Shown here in pieces: positions 30,548 to 41,700 of a stretch of DNA of 64,000 bases; position 1 is the first letter of the stretch; every line of letters starts with the position of its first letter. Both the position numbers and the translations under genes were made by a program. The stretch spans positions 118,060 to 182,059 of the forward strand of contig PDIP01000122.1 of assembly GCA_002811645.1 (NCBI GenBank). The letters are read 5' to 3'. The notes beneath the pieces are model-generated. The model did no database searches. It was not told the origin of the DNA and saw nothing but the letters and a program-made list of their open reading frames with translations. This DNA comes from Corallochytrium limacisporum Hawaii (taxonomy: Eukaryota > Protista > Pluriformea).

Positions 30548-32761
30548 CTACTCCTTGTCAAGGTACCGATTAAGCAGAGGGAAGAACACATCAAATTCAG
30601 TCATCCCCCTAGCATTAACGTCGTTGACATAGGCTGACTTGAAATTTTCCAGGTTCGACCTGAACTCCAGTTCTGCATAGTTTGGGAAGGTCACGGCATA
30701 CGTCGCGACGTCGATGCCCTTCAGTTCCCAGGGCATCGCCACAGATGCTGGAGCACGGCAAATAATAGCGTGCGCCGTCACCCTGCTACCGAGGACCTCG
30801 CTTTCTTTGGATCCCAAGATGGCCTCAACAGGCAGAGAGATCAAGGATTTGAACGCTCTAAGCTTCTCTTCACTCTCCCCCAAGTCCATGACCGATGAAC
30901 AGTTCGAGTATGACAGTAGTGGTCCGAATGCAGCCTCAATCTGGGCGGCGTACTGAAGGATTGCTCCGCGCTGCCGGTCCTCGAGTGGGTGGACGACCGA
31001 CGCATGCCAGACAAAGTGTTCTAGAACTGCGACCATCAGTGTCCTAACGCGGTCGGTCAGGGCCAATTTGTCGCGAAACCGGGCCAGAAACTCGGTGTGC
31101 AAGTTTAGAATCTGCGATTGCAAATCGTCGGTGAAGGAGCTTTCATCACCATAGTCTTCGCTAAGGACGTGTATGTCAGCAAGAAGACCCGTGAGTTTGC
31201 CCTGCACTGCTGTGAAGAAGAGGTCAAAGTAATCTTCAATCATGGTCCGGCAGATATCAAGGCCGTGGTTGACATGCTCGTAGTAGCTATCCGGCAAGTG
31301 AGAGTCCATAGATTGGTAAGCTCCCAGATCGTCACGCACGTAGCCAAGGACGTTGACGATGTTGATGTTCTGTAACTGTTTCGGTGGGCAAGGACCCCGC
31401 AATCCGACAGCATCCGGTTCCATATACATGGATTGCTCACACTCGACCACCAATCTCTGCAGAATCTTACCAACGTTGCGACCAATTCTAGTGCAGAACC
31501 GACCGTCGAACTCAGACGCCACAATGTCCGACTTAATCGTGTTGAGCAGCTTCTGCACGACCATTTCACGGGAAGACGTACGCGAGATTTCACCCACAAT
31601 GTCAAACATGTAGTCTAGAGAGCGAGTCAGATACTCCTCTTCAAAACGAATGCCAGCGCCTCGGAGACTCTCCTCGCTGATCTGAAGGTCTTCCTTACGA
31701 CTTAGACTTTCAATTCGGTTCCATAGCCGGAGTACAAGCTTCAAATACGAAGGGTATCGCGCGCTGAGCGCCTGACGCAAGGATTTTGACATTGAAGCTG
31801 CACGATTTAGTTCTCCCTGCAAAGCCTTGCATATGTCTGTCCAAAAGACCTGCAGAGGCATGTCCTCAGGTCGACTGCAGATGCTATCTGCCAGGGGACG
31901 GTGCGTTCGTGGGTCATTCTTACGCAACAGAACGCGCTGGAGGACGGCGCAGCTCTTCACCATTTGGTACATTGTCCCAAAAGCTTCTTCGATGTTATTC
32001 AAGAGCGTTTTTTCCGGGCCTTCTACACTGGTCTTGATTGTCTCCGGATCCAAGTACTGCTTCAAACGATGCTGCATTTCCATGACCTGACGCTTTAGCA
32101 GACGGTTGACTGCAGGGCCCAACTCTCCGAGTTGCTGCAGAATGAAGCAGACTGTGGCCAATTCGATACTGTCCATCACATCATAGCTCTTCTTCAGTCG
32201 TTCCGTGGTTTCTTTGATGAGATTACGGCGCATCGCGCTGATACCTTCCCGTTCCTTGTCCACAACATCGATACCGTCGAGATCACCGGAATCCAGAATA
32301 ACTTGAATGTCGGCCAAACTCTGGGCAGTTTTTGTCTTGTCCCGCAGATCACTACCCCTTGTTGCATCCAAACGCTTCAAAATTTGCAAAAACCGCAGAA
32401 CATTGCGCATGACTACACAAGTCTCCTGGGTTCGCCGCAGCTGCTTCACGGTAGTTGCGATTCGCTCATGGTAATCTCCAATCCCAGACTGCAGGCGCAG
32501 GATTGAGTTTTGCAGAGATATCACCCTACTGCTCACGTAGGTGAGAACCGTGTCCAAATTCTTGAGTCCCAGTGCCTGCTCAAGCAGGTCACGATAGTGT
32601 TCTGCGATCTCTGAATGCAGTTGTTTTTCGATGGTTGCTACATTCTTGCCGACCTGTTCCAGTGCCTCGTGTACGGCCTTGAGTGTGATGATCTCATTCG
32701 TCGCAGTACGAACTTCGTCTGCGTTGTGGAGATCCTCCACGTAATTTGATACTGACGGCAT
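30548..32761 (-). CDS. COG5: Conserved oligomeric Golgi complex subunit 5
   Basis: N-terminal coiled coil L..QL..EI..HY.DLL.QA, L.GIDVV, LQRVLLRKNDP.TH, YPSYLKL; 737 aa all-helical. Confidence 0.85.
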   Translation of the reverse strand: MPSVSNYVEDLHNADEVRTATNEIITLKAVHEALEQVGKNVATIEKQLHSEIAEHYRDLLEQALGLKNLDTVLTYVSSRVISLQNSILRLQSGIGDYHERIATTVKQLRRTQETCVVMRNVLRFLQILKRLDATRGSDLRDKTKTAQSLADIQVILDSGDLDGIDVVDKEREGISAMRRNLIKETTERLKKSYDVMDSIELATVCFILQQLGELGPAVNRLLKRQVMEMQHRLKQYLDPETIKTSVEGPEKTLLNNIEEAFGTMYQMVKSCAVLQRVLLRKNDPRTHRPLADSICSRPEDMPLQVFWTDICKALQGELNRAASMSKSLRQALSARYPSYLKLVLRLWNRIESLSRKEDLQISEESLRGAGIRFEEEYLTRSLDYMFDIVGEISRTSSREMVVQKLLNTIKSDIVASEFDGRFCTRIGRNVGKILQRLVVECEQSMYMEPDAVGLRGPCPPKQLQNINIVNVLGYVRDDLGAYQSMDSHLPDSYYEHVNHGLDICRTMIEDYFDLFFTAVQGKLTGLLADIHVLSEDYGDESSFTDDLQSQILNLHTEFLARFRDKLALTDRVRTLMVAVLEHFVWHASVVHPLEDRQRGAILQYAAQIEAAFGPLLSYSNCSSVMDLGESEEKLRAFKSLISLPVEAILGSKESEVLGSRVTAHAIICRAPASVAMPWELKGIDVATYAVTFPNYAELEFRSNLENFKSAYVNDVNARGMTEFDVFFPLLNRYLDKE

Positions 32762-32790
32762 AGTGTACCTTGTGGTTTCAAAATGCGTGT

Positions 32791-33210
32791 TTAGACAATG
32801 TCAGACTTTAACAGGAAATCGTCCAGCTTTTCTGCAAAGAGCTCACTCTTGATTGGTTCAGTGAGGTTGCAGAATCCGTTCCGCACAAAGTATACGACAA
32901 AAATTTCGCTGTATAGACGCTTTAAGAAGTCGCGAAGATCACCAACCCTGGGATCTGTGTTGAGAATAAATTTGAAGCCGCTGGCAGACTCGTAGAAATT
33001 GAATTTGTAGGCACTAGTTGTGAAACTATGCAGGCCTTCCTTTCCTTCCTTTACCTGAATGCGCTCTGCAAATGACTTGAGACTATAGATCATACCATAA
33101 ATCAGCTTGTGCTCTTCACTTTCATTCATTTGTGCCACTTTGGGACGGGAATATTCTTTGTGATACAGACATGTCCCGTGCTTATCAAAGATGTACAGGT
33201 TATAAATCAT
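32791..33210 (-). CDS. TRAPPC1: TRAPP complex subunit 1 (Bet5), longin fold
   Basis: MIYNLYIFDKHG.CLY, EEHKLIYGMIYSLKSF, SFTT..YK..YESASG.KF.LNTD, IKSELF..KLD. First in-frame ATG at 33210. Confidence 0.93.
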   Translation of the reverse strand: MIYNLYIFDKHGTCLYHKEYSRPKVAQMNESEEHKLIYGMIYSLKSFAERIQVKEGKEGLHSFTTSAYKFNFYESASGFKFILNTDPRVGDLRDFLKRLYSEIFVVYFVRNGFCNLTEPIKSELFAEKLDDFLLKSDIV

Positions 33211-33699
33211 GACTGTAGAGCATGACGAGGAGTGTAACACACACGATGCCCCTGTCTATGATCAAACTTTCAGAGTTCGAACTAGATTCCCTACTTTCCA
33301 AAAGGAAACGAACCTATCTATTGTTATCCACGTAATAGCTTTTGCTGAAACTAGCTTCCCAATGACATCCGTCCCTGTGTTTGTTATGATGCTTAGGTGG
33401 CTGTTTTGGCTTTTTCTCGTTTACCTCCCCACTCTTTCCAGTATTGACCTCCTAAAACCGTATCCACCATACTCCGCTGATCCCCTCCTCCAGATCTAGA
33501 CTTTGGGTGGGCGCCAAAGGTTTAGACGGAACAAGCTCTCGTCTGCGTCAGGTACTTCTTCGGTCTGAGCAAGCGAAAGGTTTGAGAACTTTAGTATTCA
33601 TATGGCAGGCGATCATGAAGACTGCAAGAATCTAATAAGTAATGTAGACATCTCTGCCAAATGCGATTGTTCCTAGTGGGCACCGTGATTTGAAAGATC

Positions 33700-35286
33700 A
33701 TGCCGGTCGAGGATCTTCACATCCGGCAAGCCCTGGAGTCCTTTATGAAGAATTGTTACAAGCACTCCCTAGTACTGTCAGAATTACGCAAAGCAACGGA
33801 AAGGCTTTTACAGGAATGCAGGGACCTTACAGCTGTTGATACCAAGGAGAATGCGCAATTGCACACATTAATGGAACGATTTGAAGCCGCGTGCAGCCAT
33901 GCCAAGATACAGGAGACAGTCTTCACTAACCTGGATCAGCAGCTCAAGCTGCGGTTGGGCAACAACAAATATTCAAGGATAGACATTATCGGATGTGCAC
34001 GAAGTGTGATTTCGTACGCGGACTACTTCGCCATGTTGCCTGCATTGTGCGTTGCATTGGCCTCTGCGTTTCGGGATGCCAGCACGTTGACCACCTGGGC
34101 ATATGCAACTGTGCAACAGGCATACCTCAAGAAAGTGCAGTCTATGATTAGCGACGGAAAAGCAGACGGAAAGGAAGACATCTGGGACCTCCTGGATAGC
34201 TACTGTACTGTCATGGTCTATGACATCAAGCGGGCCTTGGTAAGAATACTCTCCCATCATGACATCAGAACTCCGGAGCATGCTGACATCCGACTGCGCT
34301 GTGAGGACGTCCTCAAAGGGCTGCCCATCGACTGTGAGGTCGAACGGCAGGTCTCATCACCGCCACACCGATCACATCGGCTCGAAAACTCAAATCTGAA
34401 GCAGGATGAAGCCCGATCACAGCGGTTGTCTCCAGCGCCCGCGCCTGCAACGCCTGGGTCAAAGGGTGTAAACGTGGTGCAATTGGAGGAAACGCTGTTG
34501 AGGCCAATCAAAAGCGTGACTCTAGACGAAATACCAACAGGTTATGTATTTGAAGACGGTATCGCGACTGCTGTGCAGACATTACGAACTATGGACTGGA
34601 AGAACGTCGAGCAAAGCAAAGAGGAGATGCAGGAGATACTGAGAATGCTAAACCTTGCCTATGACCAGGAGCGCAGCACAGCGGAACAGGCAGAAACGCT
34701 ACTCAAGGACATGCGCAATGCGCTGGACGCTGCAAACATAGAGATCATTTCACTGCGTAGAAATACAGAGGCGTTACAGGGTAACGTCCAGGACATGGCC
34801 GTTCAAATCGCTGACAAGCAGCAGCGCATTGAGGATCTTCAGCGCGCCTCTCCACCGCGGACATGGGTAGATATGAATCGCAGTATTGCAGAGGTCGACA
34901 CAAAGCTGGACTACTTGATGAACAGCATGACGAACACTCGTAGCAACATTCCACATCGCAATGAAGGAGACAGGGACGCCAAATTGGGGTACTTCAATGC
35001 GTACCTGCGTAAGAAGGAACTGCAAGAGGGCTCTCCAAGACCCAAGGACCCACGAATGACCTGGCAGATGCTGGCTGAAAAGCTAGAGCGTCTACTTTAC
35101 CTTCAGATGGAAGCCAACGAGGAGCTGCAGGCACGTATCGCACAGTGCAAGACTTGTTCAGTCCTACGCCTGCTCCTGGACCAGATCACTCAATACCACG
35201 AGCTCTACCTGTCTGAGGATGTACAGAACCACATGCTTGAGTGGTTAGATCAACAGCAACTAGAACATCAACGAAAACAACAATAA
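33700..35286 (+). CDS. Uncharacterised coiled-coil protein (528 aa)
   Basis: Long ATG-initiated ORF with helical N-terminus, Pro-rich linker and long heptad region. No recognised family. Confidence 0.75.
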   Translation: MPVEDLHIRQALESFMKNCYKHSLVLSELRKATERLLQECRDLTAVDTKENAQLHTLMERFEAACSHAKIQETVFTNLDQQLKLRLGNNKYSRIDIIGCARSVISYADYFAMLPALCVALASAFRDASTLTTWAYATVQQAYLKKVQSMISDGKADGKEDIWDLLDSYCTVMVYDIKRALVRILSHHDIRTPEHADIRLRCEDVLKGLPIDCEVERQVSSPPHRSHRLENSNLKQDEARSQRLSPAPAPATPGSKGVNVVQLEETLLRPIKSVTLDEIPTGYVFEDGIATAVQTLRTMDWKNVEQSKEEMQEILRMLNLAYDQERSTAEQAETLLKDMRNALDAANIEIISLRRNTEALQGNVQDMAVQIADKQQRIEDLQRASPPRTWVDMNRSIAEVDTKLDYLMNSMTNTRSNIPHRNEGDRDAKLGYFNAYLRKKELQEGSPRPKDPRMTWQMLAEKLERLLYLQMEANEELQARIAQCKTCSVLRLLLDQITQYHELYLSEDVQNHMLEWLDQQQLEHQRKQQ

Positions 35287-35401
35287 GCATCTCCACTACT
35301 GAAGACTGGACGTTTTTATTCGAGTTACGCATTATTCACAACATGTAAAATGAACATTCCATTCCACTCATAATCTGCCGGTCTCCCGGTACCCCCTCCT
35401 A

Positions 35402-35424
35402 CCCAGGGGGCCCTCCCCGGGGGG
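35402..35424. promoter_or_regulatory. Candidate promoter C/G-tract palindromes (CCCAGGGG, CCCCGGGG)
   Basis: About 330 bp upstream of the 35755 ATG. The same motif recurs in other intergenic regions. Confidence 0.4.
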
Positions 35425-35754
35425 TAGGCGATTTGCCCGACCTCGCCCTCGGCCACGTCCTCACCTCGGGTACGTTGAAATGGAGCGCGGCCAGTTGGAA
35501 CAATAGGAGTGAGACTTATCACGACCCCTATTTAGACGACAGCAGCGCGTTCAGCCTATGATATCTCTTGTGATCAGCTTCAAAGCAACAATTGACAAGG
35601 TGACCTGCAGAGAATTAAAAAAAAGGGCGACGGAAAATGAGGCAGATCTACGCGTAACATCAGCGACAAGATAAAAATAGAAGCTGAACTGTGGATTGTA
35701 AAGATGTTACTGTAATGTTGACATAAGTGGAGTTGGTGCCGTAGCTCGGCAATT

Positions 35755-38700
35755 ATGCCAGGTACTCCATTAGAAATGGCTTGCTTCGAGAAGCCGACAT
35801 GGAGCCTATCAGAAACTGATGAATTCCTCGTGGAACTTGGTTCTGATAACGGCGCGTCGGTAGTGCGCACCGTTAAGGTGTTCAATCCCAATGCGTTTGA
35901 TGTACGGGTAATTTTGACCTCGACATTTCGGGCACACGGATTAACCATTCAATTTGATAATGAAAACTTACAAACGGATCTAGACGCCATCGAAGAAGGC
36001 TCACAAATCAATGAGTTATTCAATCTGGTGAACAACACTGACTCATTCCTACTAACTCCGTTTGAGACTCGGAGGCTGGTTCTCTGTTTTAACCCTCGGG
36101 CGATTGCGTCTGCAGATGACAGGGATCGGGCAAAATCGGATCGAATGACAACGGCTACTGGGCATCCAATATCCCTCGAGTCCGACGAGGTATTCTACCA
36201 CGTACGAGAAATCAAAGGACAGCTTCGGGTGACGTATGAGTTGGCAGAAGATGGTAATGGACCTGCCGATAACGGCCAGAAGCCCTCTTCGAAGAAGATG
36301 GACACTGCATTTTCAATTCGGTGTACTATGTGTCGCTGTGTCCTTGCAATCGACAGCTCGAATGTTGACTTGGTGTTCGATCCCGCATTTGCGGGCAAGA
36401 CCTATGTCAAAGACATTCAGCTCTACAATCGCAGTGAAATGGTGGTGCCCTTTTCGATCAATCTGAACGGATTACTTACTGCAGCATTTACAATGCAACT
36501 TACCGACTATGACAATGGTATGCCTTTGTCAAGAGGCAAACTAGCTCCTTTCGGAATGCGACGACTGCGATTCAGCTTCTGTCCTAAGCGATCAGGGCAA
36601 TTCTTCGGTAAAATCAACATTGAAAACGAGGTGGATGCGTCAAATATTGAACACATAAATTTCCGTGCTGTGGTACATCAACAAGGGCGCAATGACATGA
36701 TATCCGTGAAGGAGGCATCGGTATTGAATTTTGGGGACTGCTATACAGGCGTGGCTAGTGACCAAAAGATCACTTTACAGAACAACACTCGGCTCCCGGT
36801 TGATGTGTCATTTAAAAGTCTTGGTGTAAAAGGTCTGGATTTCCTTTTACCCATCGAAGAATCAAACCCGACCACGAGAGACACCCTTGGCGGCGAGGAG
36901 CATGCCCATGCAATGGATCCCCGCGTTTCTAACGCCGGCGCGGGCGCTGGTGGCAGCGAAAAGGTTTACAGTGTAACCATCGCGCCCTTGCAAGAGCGTG
37001 AGATCATTGTCAGATTCCGACCCGTGGAGGGCGACACCCCGGAGAATGCTCGGACAATCAAAAAGCGGCTGATGCGATTCCGTGTCGAGTTGAATTCCAC
37101 CTCAACCGCTACTGTTGGAATGACGGAACGGAGGACTCTGCAGTGCCGTGCACAGGTCTGTACCTCAATGGTTGAGCTGAGCCACTCAGAAGTGCACTTG
37201 GGAGACCTTAACATTGGTACTATTTACACACATGTTGTCGATGTGGCAAATCTCTCCGAATTACCAACCAAAGTCGAGGTGCTGCTTCGGTCCAAGGTGG
37301 TCAACTGCCCGAAGGAAGTATTATATCTTGGACCCCTTGAGAAGGTCAGCGTGCGATTGCAGATCTGTCCCAGAAGGGTAAACCCAGATTACCGCAAGGA
37401 AGTGATTTTTGCCAATATGTTTAATCGCTCCAACGACCAAGTACTGGACCTGCGATCCAATAACGTCGACGAAAAGGGTGTCTCTTTGCACTCTCTGTTT
37501 TACAATTTGGTCACACCGTCCGCACGAAGCTATCTCTCGTTTGGCCGTGTGGTGAGTGGTTTTCCGTCCATCAGGTCGTTCACTCTGCGCAATGTCACCA
37601 AAAGCACATTAGAATTGCGCCTCACTACGGACGAGGATTCATCGATGAAACTGTTCGTTCTTCAAGAACGTAATGCGGAGTTGTTGGAAATACCGAGCGC
37701 AGCGTCAGTACTACCCCCGGAGTCTCCCTTACTGACAGCCGCGAAGCGCAGTGCAAGTCATGCTGAGTACCTCGATTTAGCTCAGGATGGTCCCACTCCG
37801 CTGAGTCTAGATACAGTCACTCAACGACTAGATCAGAGTGCTACGAAGGGATTGCGGCCACCGCGAAAGGATGGCGAAAAGAATGGCGAAGATGACTCAT
37901 TCGGCAGTCCCGCAAAGGTCATGCCACCAGCACCAATCGATGAAGCCAAGAAGCTCAAAGACACCTTGAGAGGCTCCTTCGAGATAAGCAATCTGCTGAA
38001 GACAAAAGACGACGACACAACCTTGCATTCGGACAAACAGCGAGCGATGTTGGAAAAAGTTGAAGGGTTCTCGAGAAATTTCAACACACTGCTGGCCACC
38101 AATGCTTTGATGCCTGTGGATCGTGTGTCAATACCATCGCAATCCAGCTGCGAGATCGTTGCGGTCTACGTGGGCAACTCGCATGCTGTTGCGAGCCAAA
38201 GTCGTTCTGTGGCGCGGCACGATGAGGAGCGTATTCACATTGAAGTAACTCAGTACGATGCTGGTTTGTTGAAGAGCGAGAAACTACAAGGAATAACTGG
38301 TTTGGCGTCTCTTACGACCATTGGCTCTTTGCCCGTTCGTGATTTGGTGGTGAAGCTGAACATTTGCAAGTCCGCAATTGATATTCGTCAAAAGAATATT
38401 AACTTCGGCAGTATGAGTCGCGAGGACAAGCGAAATAAGGTACTGCTAATCTATAATCCCACCGATGTACCACTCTTCTACAATATCATGAAGAGTGGCA
38501 AGATTTTCAGCGATGACTTGCACATTGGTCACCATCAAAAGGGCATCGTAGCACCGTACAGCAGCCGCAAGGTAGAGTTCTTGTTCAAGCCTACCCTACC
38601 GGGTCGATTCGAGGATGTGCTGCTGGTGCAGAACCTGATGAATCCGAACAGTATCGAAACGGTACATTTGAAAGCCGTGATATGGAAACCCCCCAACTTC

Positions 38701-41700
38701 TTCATTGACCACTTGTTGCTTGACTTCGGTACGCTTTCCTTTCCGGAGAGTGTGTTTGGCTCGGATGGACATCCGATCAAGGCAACGCGAGTTCTGCGCA
38801 TAGCGAATATTAGCCAAAAGCCGAGGACATTTGTCGTCGAATTCTCCCAGGTTGCAGGTACACCCGGGCTACCGTTTTCGATCACTTTGACACAGAAGGA
38901 GACAGAGGTCATGACCCTGACAAAGGAGGGTGAAGAAGAGATTGAGAAGCTTGAACAGAAGCTCAAGATCGCGAAACGCAAGGGCCAAAAGGAAAAGGCC
39001 GAGAAGATCGAGGCAACATTGCAAAAACTGAAAGAAGGATACCAACAGGGTCCCATTGACAACGGCACTGCAGAGGAAAGCGTTCAGGATGTGAGCATTT
39101 CAATGAAGAATGAACAGGGTGAACGTGAGAAGACTATGAAACAAACGGAACATCGAGTCGTCTTCACGCTTCAGCCCCGCATTGTACAGGTGGTCGAAGT
39201 AGAGATTCAAATTGTTCATGTAAGACGTCCATCGAAGACTACGCCTAGTCGCATTACCAGTCTCGGTGAGTACGACGAGATAGCGAGCAGCATCCACGTC
39301 TATGAGATGCGCAACTATGATGCTGCTAAGGCGGTGAAATGTCGGTTCCACTTACATCATCCTTTCGTTTCGTCGACTCTGTCCGCGGCCACCTTACGTC
39401 CATCCTCCGCTAAACGTGGCCATCACAACAAGGCATCAGCTGACGTGGAAGCACCGAATATGTCACCTCTACAACGGGGATCCTACAGAAGCAGTCGCAG
39501 TCGCAAGCGACAATCTGATCAGCAGCAGTCGGTTGCCGCGCAAGAACTATACGCGATCAGCAACATTAGTTTGAAACCCGTGGCTTTGAGCCTTGGCGTC
39601 ATCAAGGCCTTCGAACCAGTGGAGCAGGTAGTCGAATTCCTAAATGCTGGCGACATGTTGCAAAAGTTCCAGTACGATGGAATTGAAGAGCGAGAGGTGG
39701 CTGACCTTGTAATCGCTACAATGACGCCGGCTGTAGTACAAATCGATGGGAAGTCGAAAGCGAAGGCCACCCTGCGCATAACGGCAAAACGTGAGGGACC
39801 CCAAGACGTGAAACTGACGTTCCGACGAGACGATGGCCAACGGATTATGCTGCCGTTGCAGTTCACAGCGGAGAGCAGTCGATGGGTTGTAATAGGCAAG
39901 ACAGATACAGCCACAAACCTGGATACGCTTGACTATGGCGCTGTGCCTTTACTCATGCCAAACTTTGAATCCAAACCGCTCGGCATTGTGATCCGAAATA
40001 ACTACTCAAGGGATCTCGTAGTCCGCCTTGGCACCAACCTAAGCAAGCAAGCAGCTTTCTTTGCTGATGCACGGTGTGAGAAACAGTGCACCATGTATAC
40101 AATTCCATGTGAGTGCTGCATCAAGGTCTTTCTCAGACTATCCGGTGGACGAACTAGCGGCGACGGTCAAATGCTTTTCACGGAGGGTCGAGAGCTGGTT
40201 GGGGGTTTGCGCGTTGAGCTCTGGGCCCTTGAGAACTCGGGAGATGACCCGGTTCAATTGGTGCAGTCCAGAAACGCGATCGGAGAACAGAGTGTCAAGT
40301 TCAAGGCGACCATCGGTGTCACCGTTCTCAGTGTCCGGCAGCACTTCCTTGCCCTCGGCGAGACACAGTCTCTCGACACTGTATTCAATGGACAGATTAC
40401 ACTGGCCAATGGATCACGTCATATGCCGGTGAATTACATCATCGAGGGTCCAAGAGAACTGACAACGAGCACCAAAGCTGGGCAGATTGTACCAGGTGGT
40501 ACTGAACGCGTAGATCTTACTATCGAATCCTACCGCAACGGTCTGTGGGAAAAGGACATCGTGGTCCGCAATGCCATCGATTCCGCGAACACGGAGAAGG
40601 TCACAGCGCGCTTCTTCGTGGACACGGGTGCTGTACAGACTGTGGTATGGGAAGGAGATAGCGTGGCCAATGTGCTATCTTTCCGGGGCATTTACTTAGC
40701 TGAACGGCACCCGATACCATTCCCTGCCGCTCATAATGATTCGGCAGTAGAGGAAGCAATCGAGCCGGGAATTAAGGATCCCATCACGATGGGGCATCCG
40801 GATAGCGTCGGCGGTAACATGTACGTCGCCAACCCAGAGGCTGCCACTAGCTCAGACGCAAAGATTGAGGTCGTAAATTTGACTGCTGAGAAGATGAGCT
40901 ACCGGATCTGGGCCAATCTGTCCGTGTCCCTAGCTGGGTATTTTGGTGCTGAAGAGGAGGCTAAAACCTTCAGTATTCTACATAGTGGTGTCAGTGATAC
41001 AGAACGGTACAGTCCATGCACTGATACGTTTGCCCTTGAACCACGCAGCAGTCTCCGACTGGCCGTTCGCAGCGTCTTTCCAAATCTGTCGGAATCTGCT
41101 TTGATGGTGATCATGGGGGGGAAGATCCAAATGGACCGTGGTGCCATTATAATTGAGGCTTTGGAAGGTACTGGCACTTTCTATACGACAGGCGAACCCG
41201 ATCTACAATATCGCAATGTGGTCGGTATCACAGACCTCAACTTGAGCTACAGCATATCCTTGGCGCACATGGCCACGGAGTACGTGGATCTGGGCTCCAT
41301 TGCGACTGCGCAGCACGACGTCACCTGCACATTTGACTTTGAGATTGCAAACGACGGCGAGCTGCCATTGGTTTACACATTGAGCTCCGGCAGCGATGAC
41401 ACTGTGTCTCTGCGGGCAGATGTTGACCAACAGAGCACATCAATGGCCATGCACTCCTGGCTTGGCGAAAGTCCCGACGCCAGCATAGCAGGTGGGGAAC
41501 CTTTGACCATGTTCAAGGTGCCTCCGAACCGACTGCAAGTGGTCTGTGGCCAGGTGGTGATTCCACGCGACCTTTCCATTGGTCACCACTGTGTATTCCT
41601 GCGTCTACACGATCTGAACAATCCAGCGAGTCGCTTGGAATTGCCAATTCACTTCGAGCGCATCAAATTCGGGGCTGACTTCCAGGGTTTGGACAAGGAA

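Noticed and set aside
32762-32790. CACAAG + 7 nt + ATG shared by COG5 and RagA starts as a trans-splice acceptor
   Set aside because: It is not present before the other roughly 15 start codons inspected.
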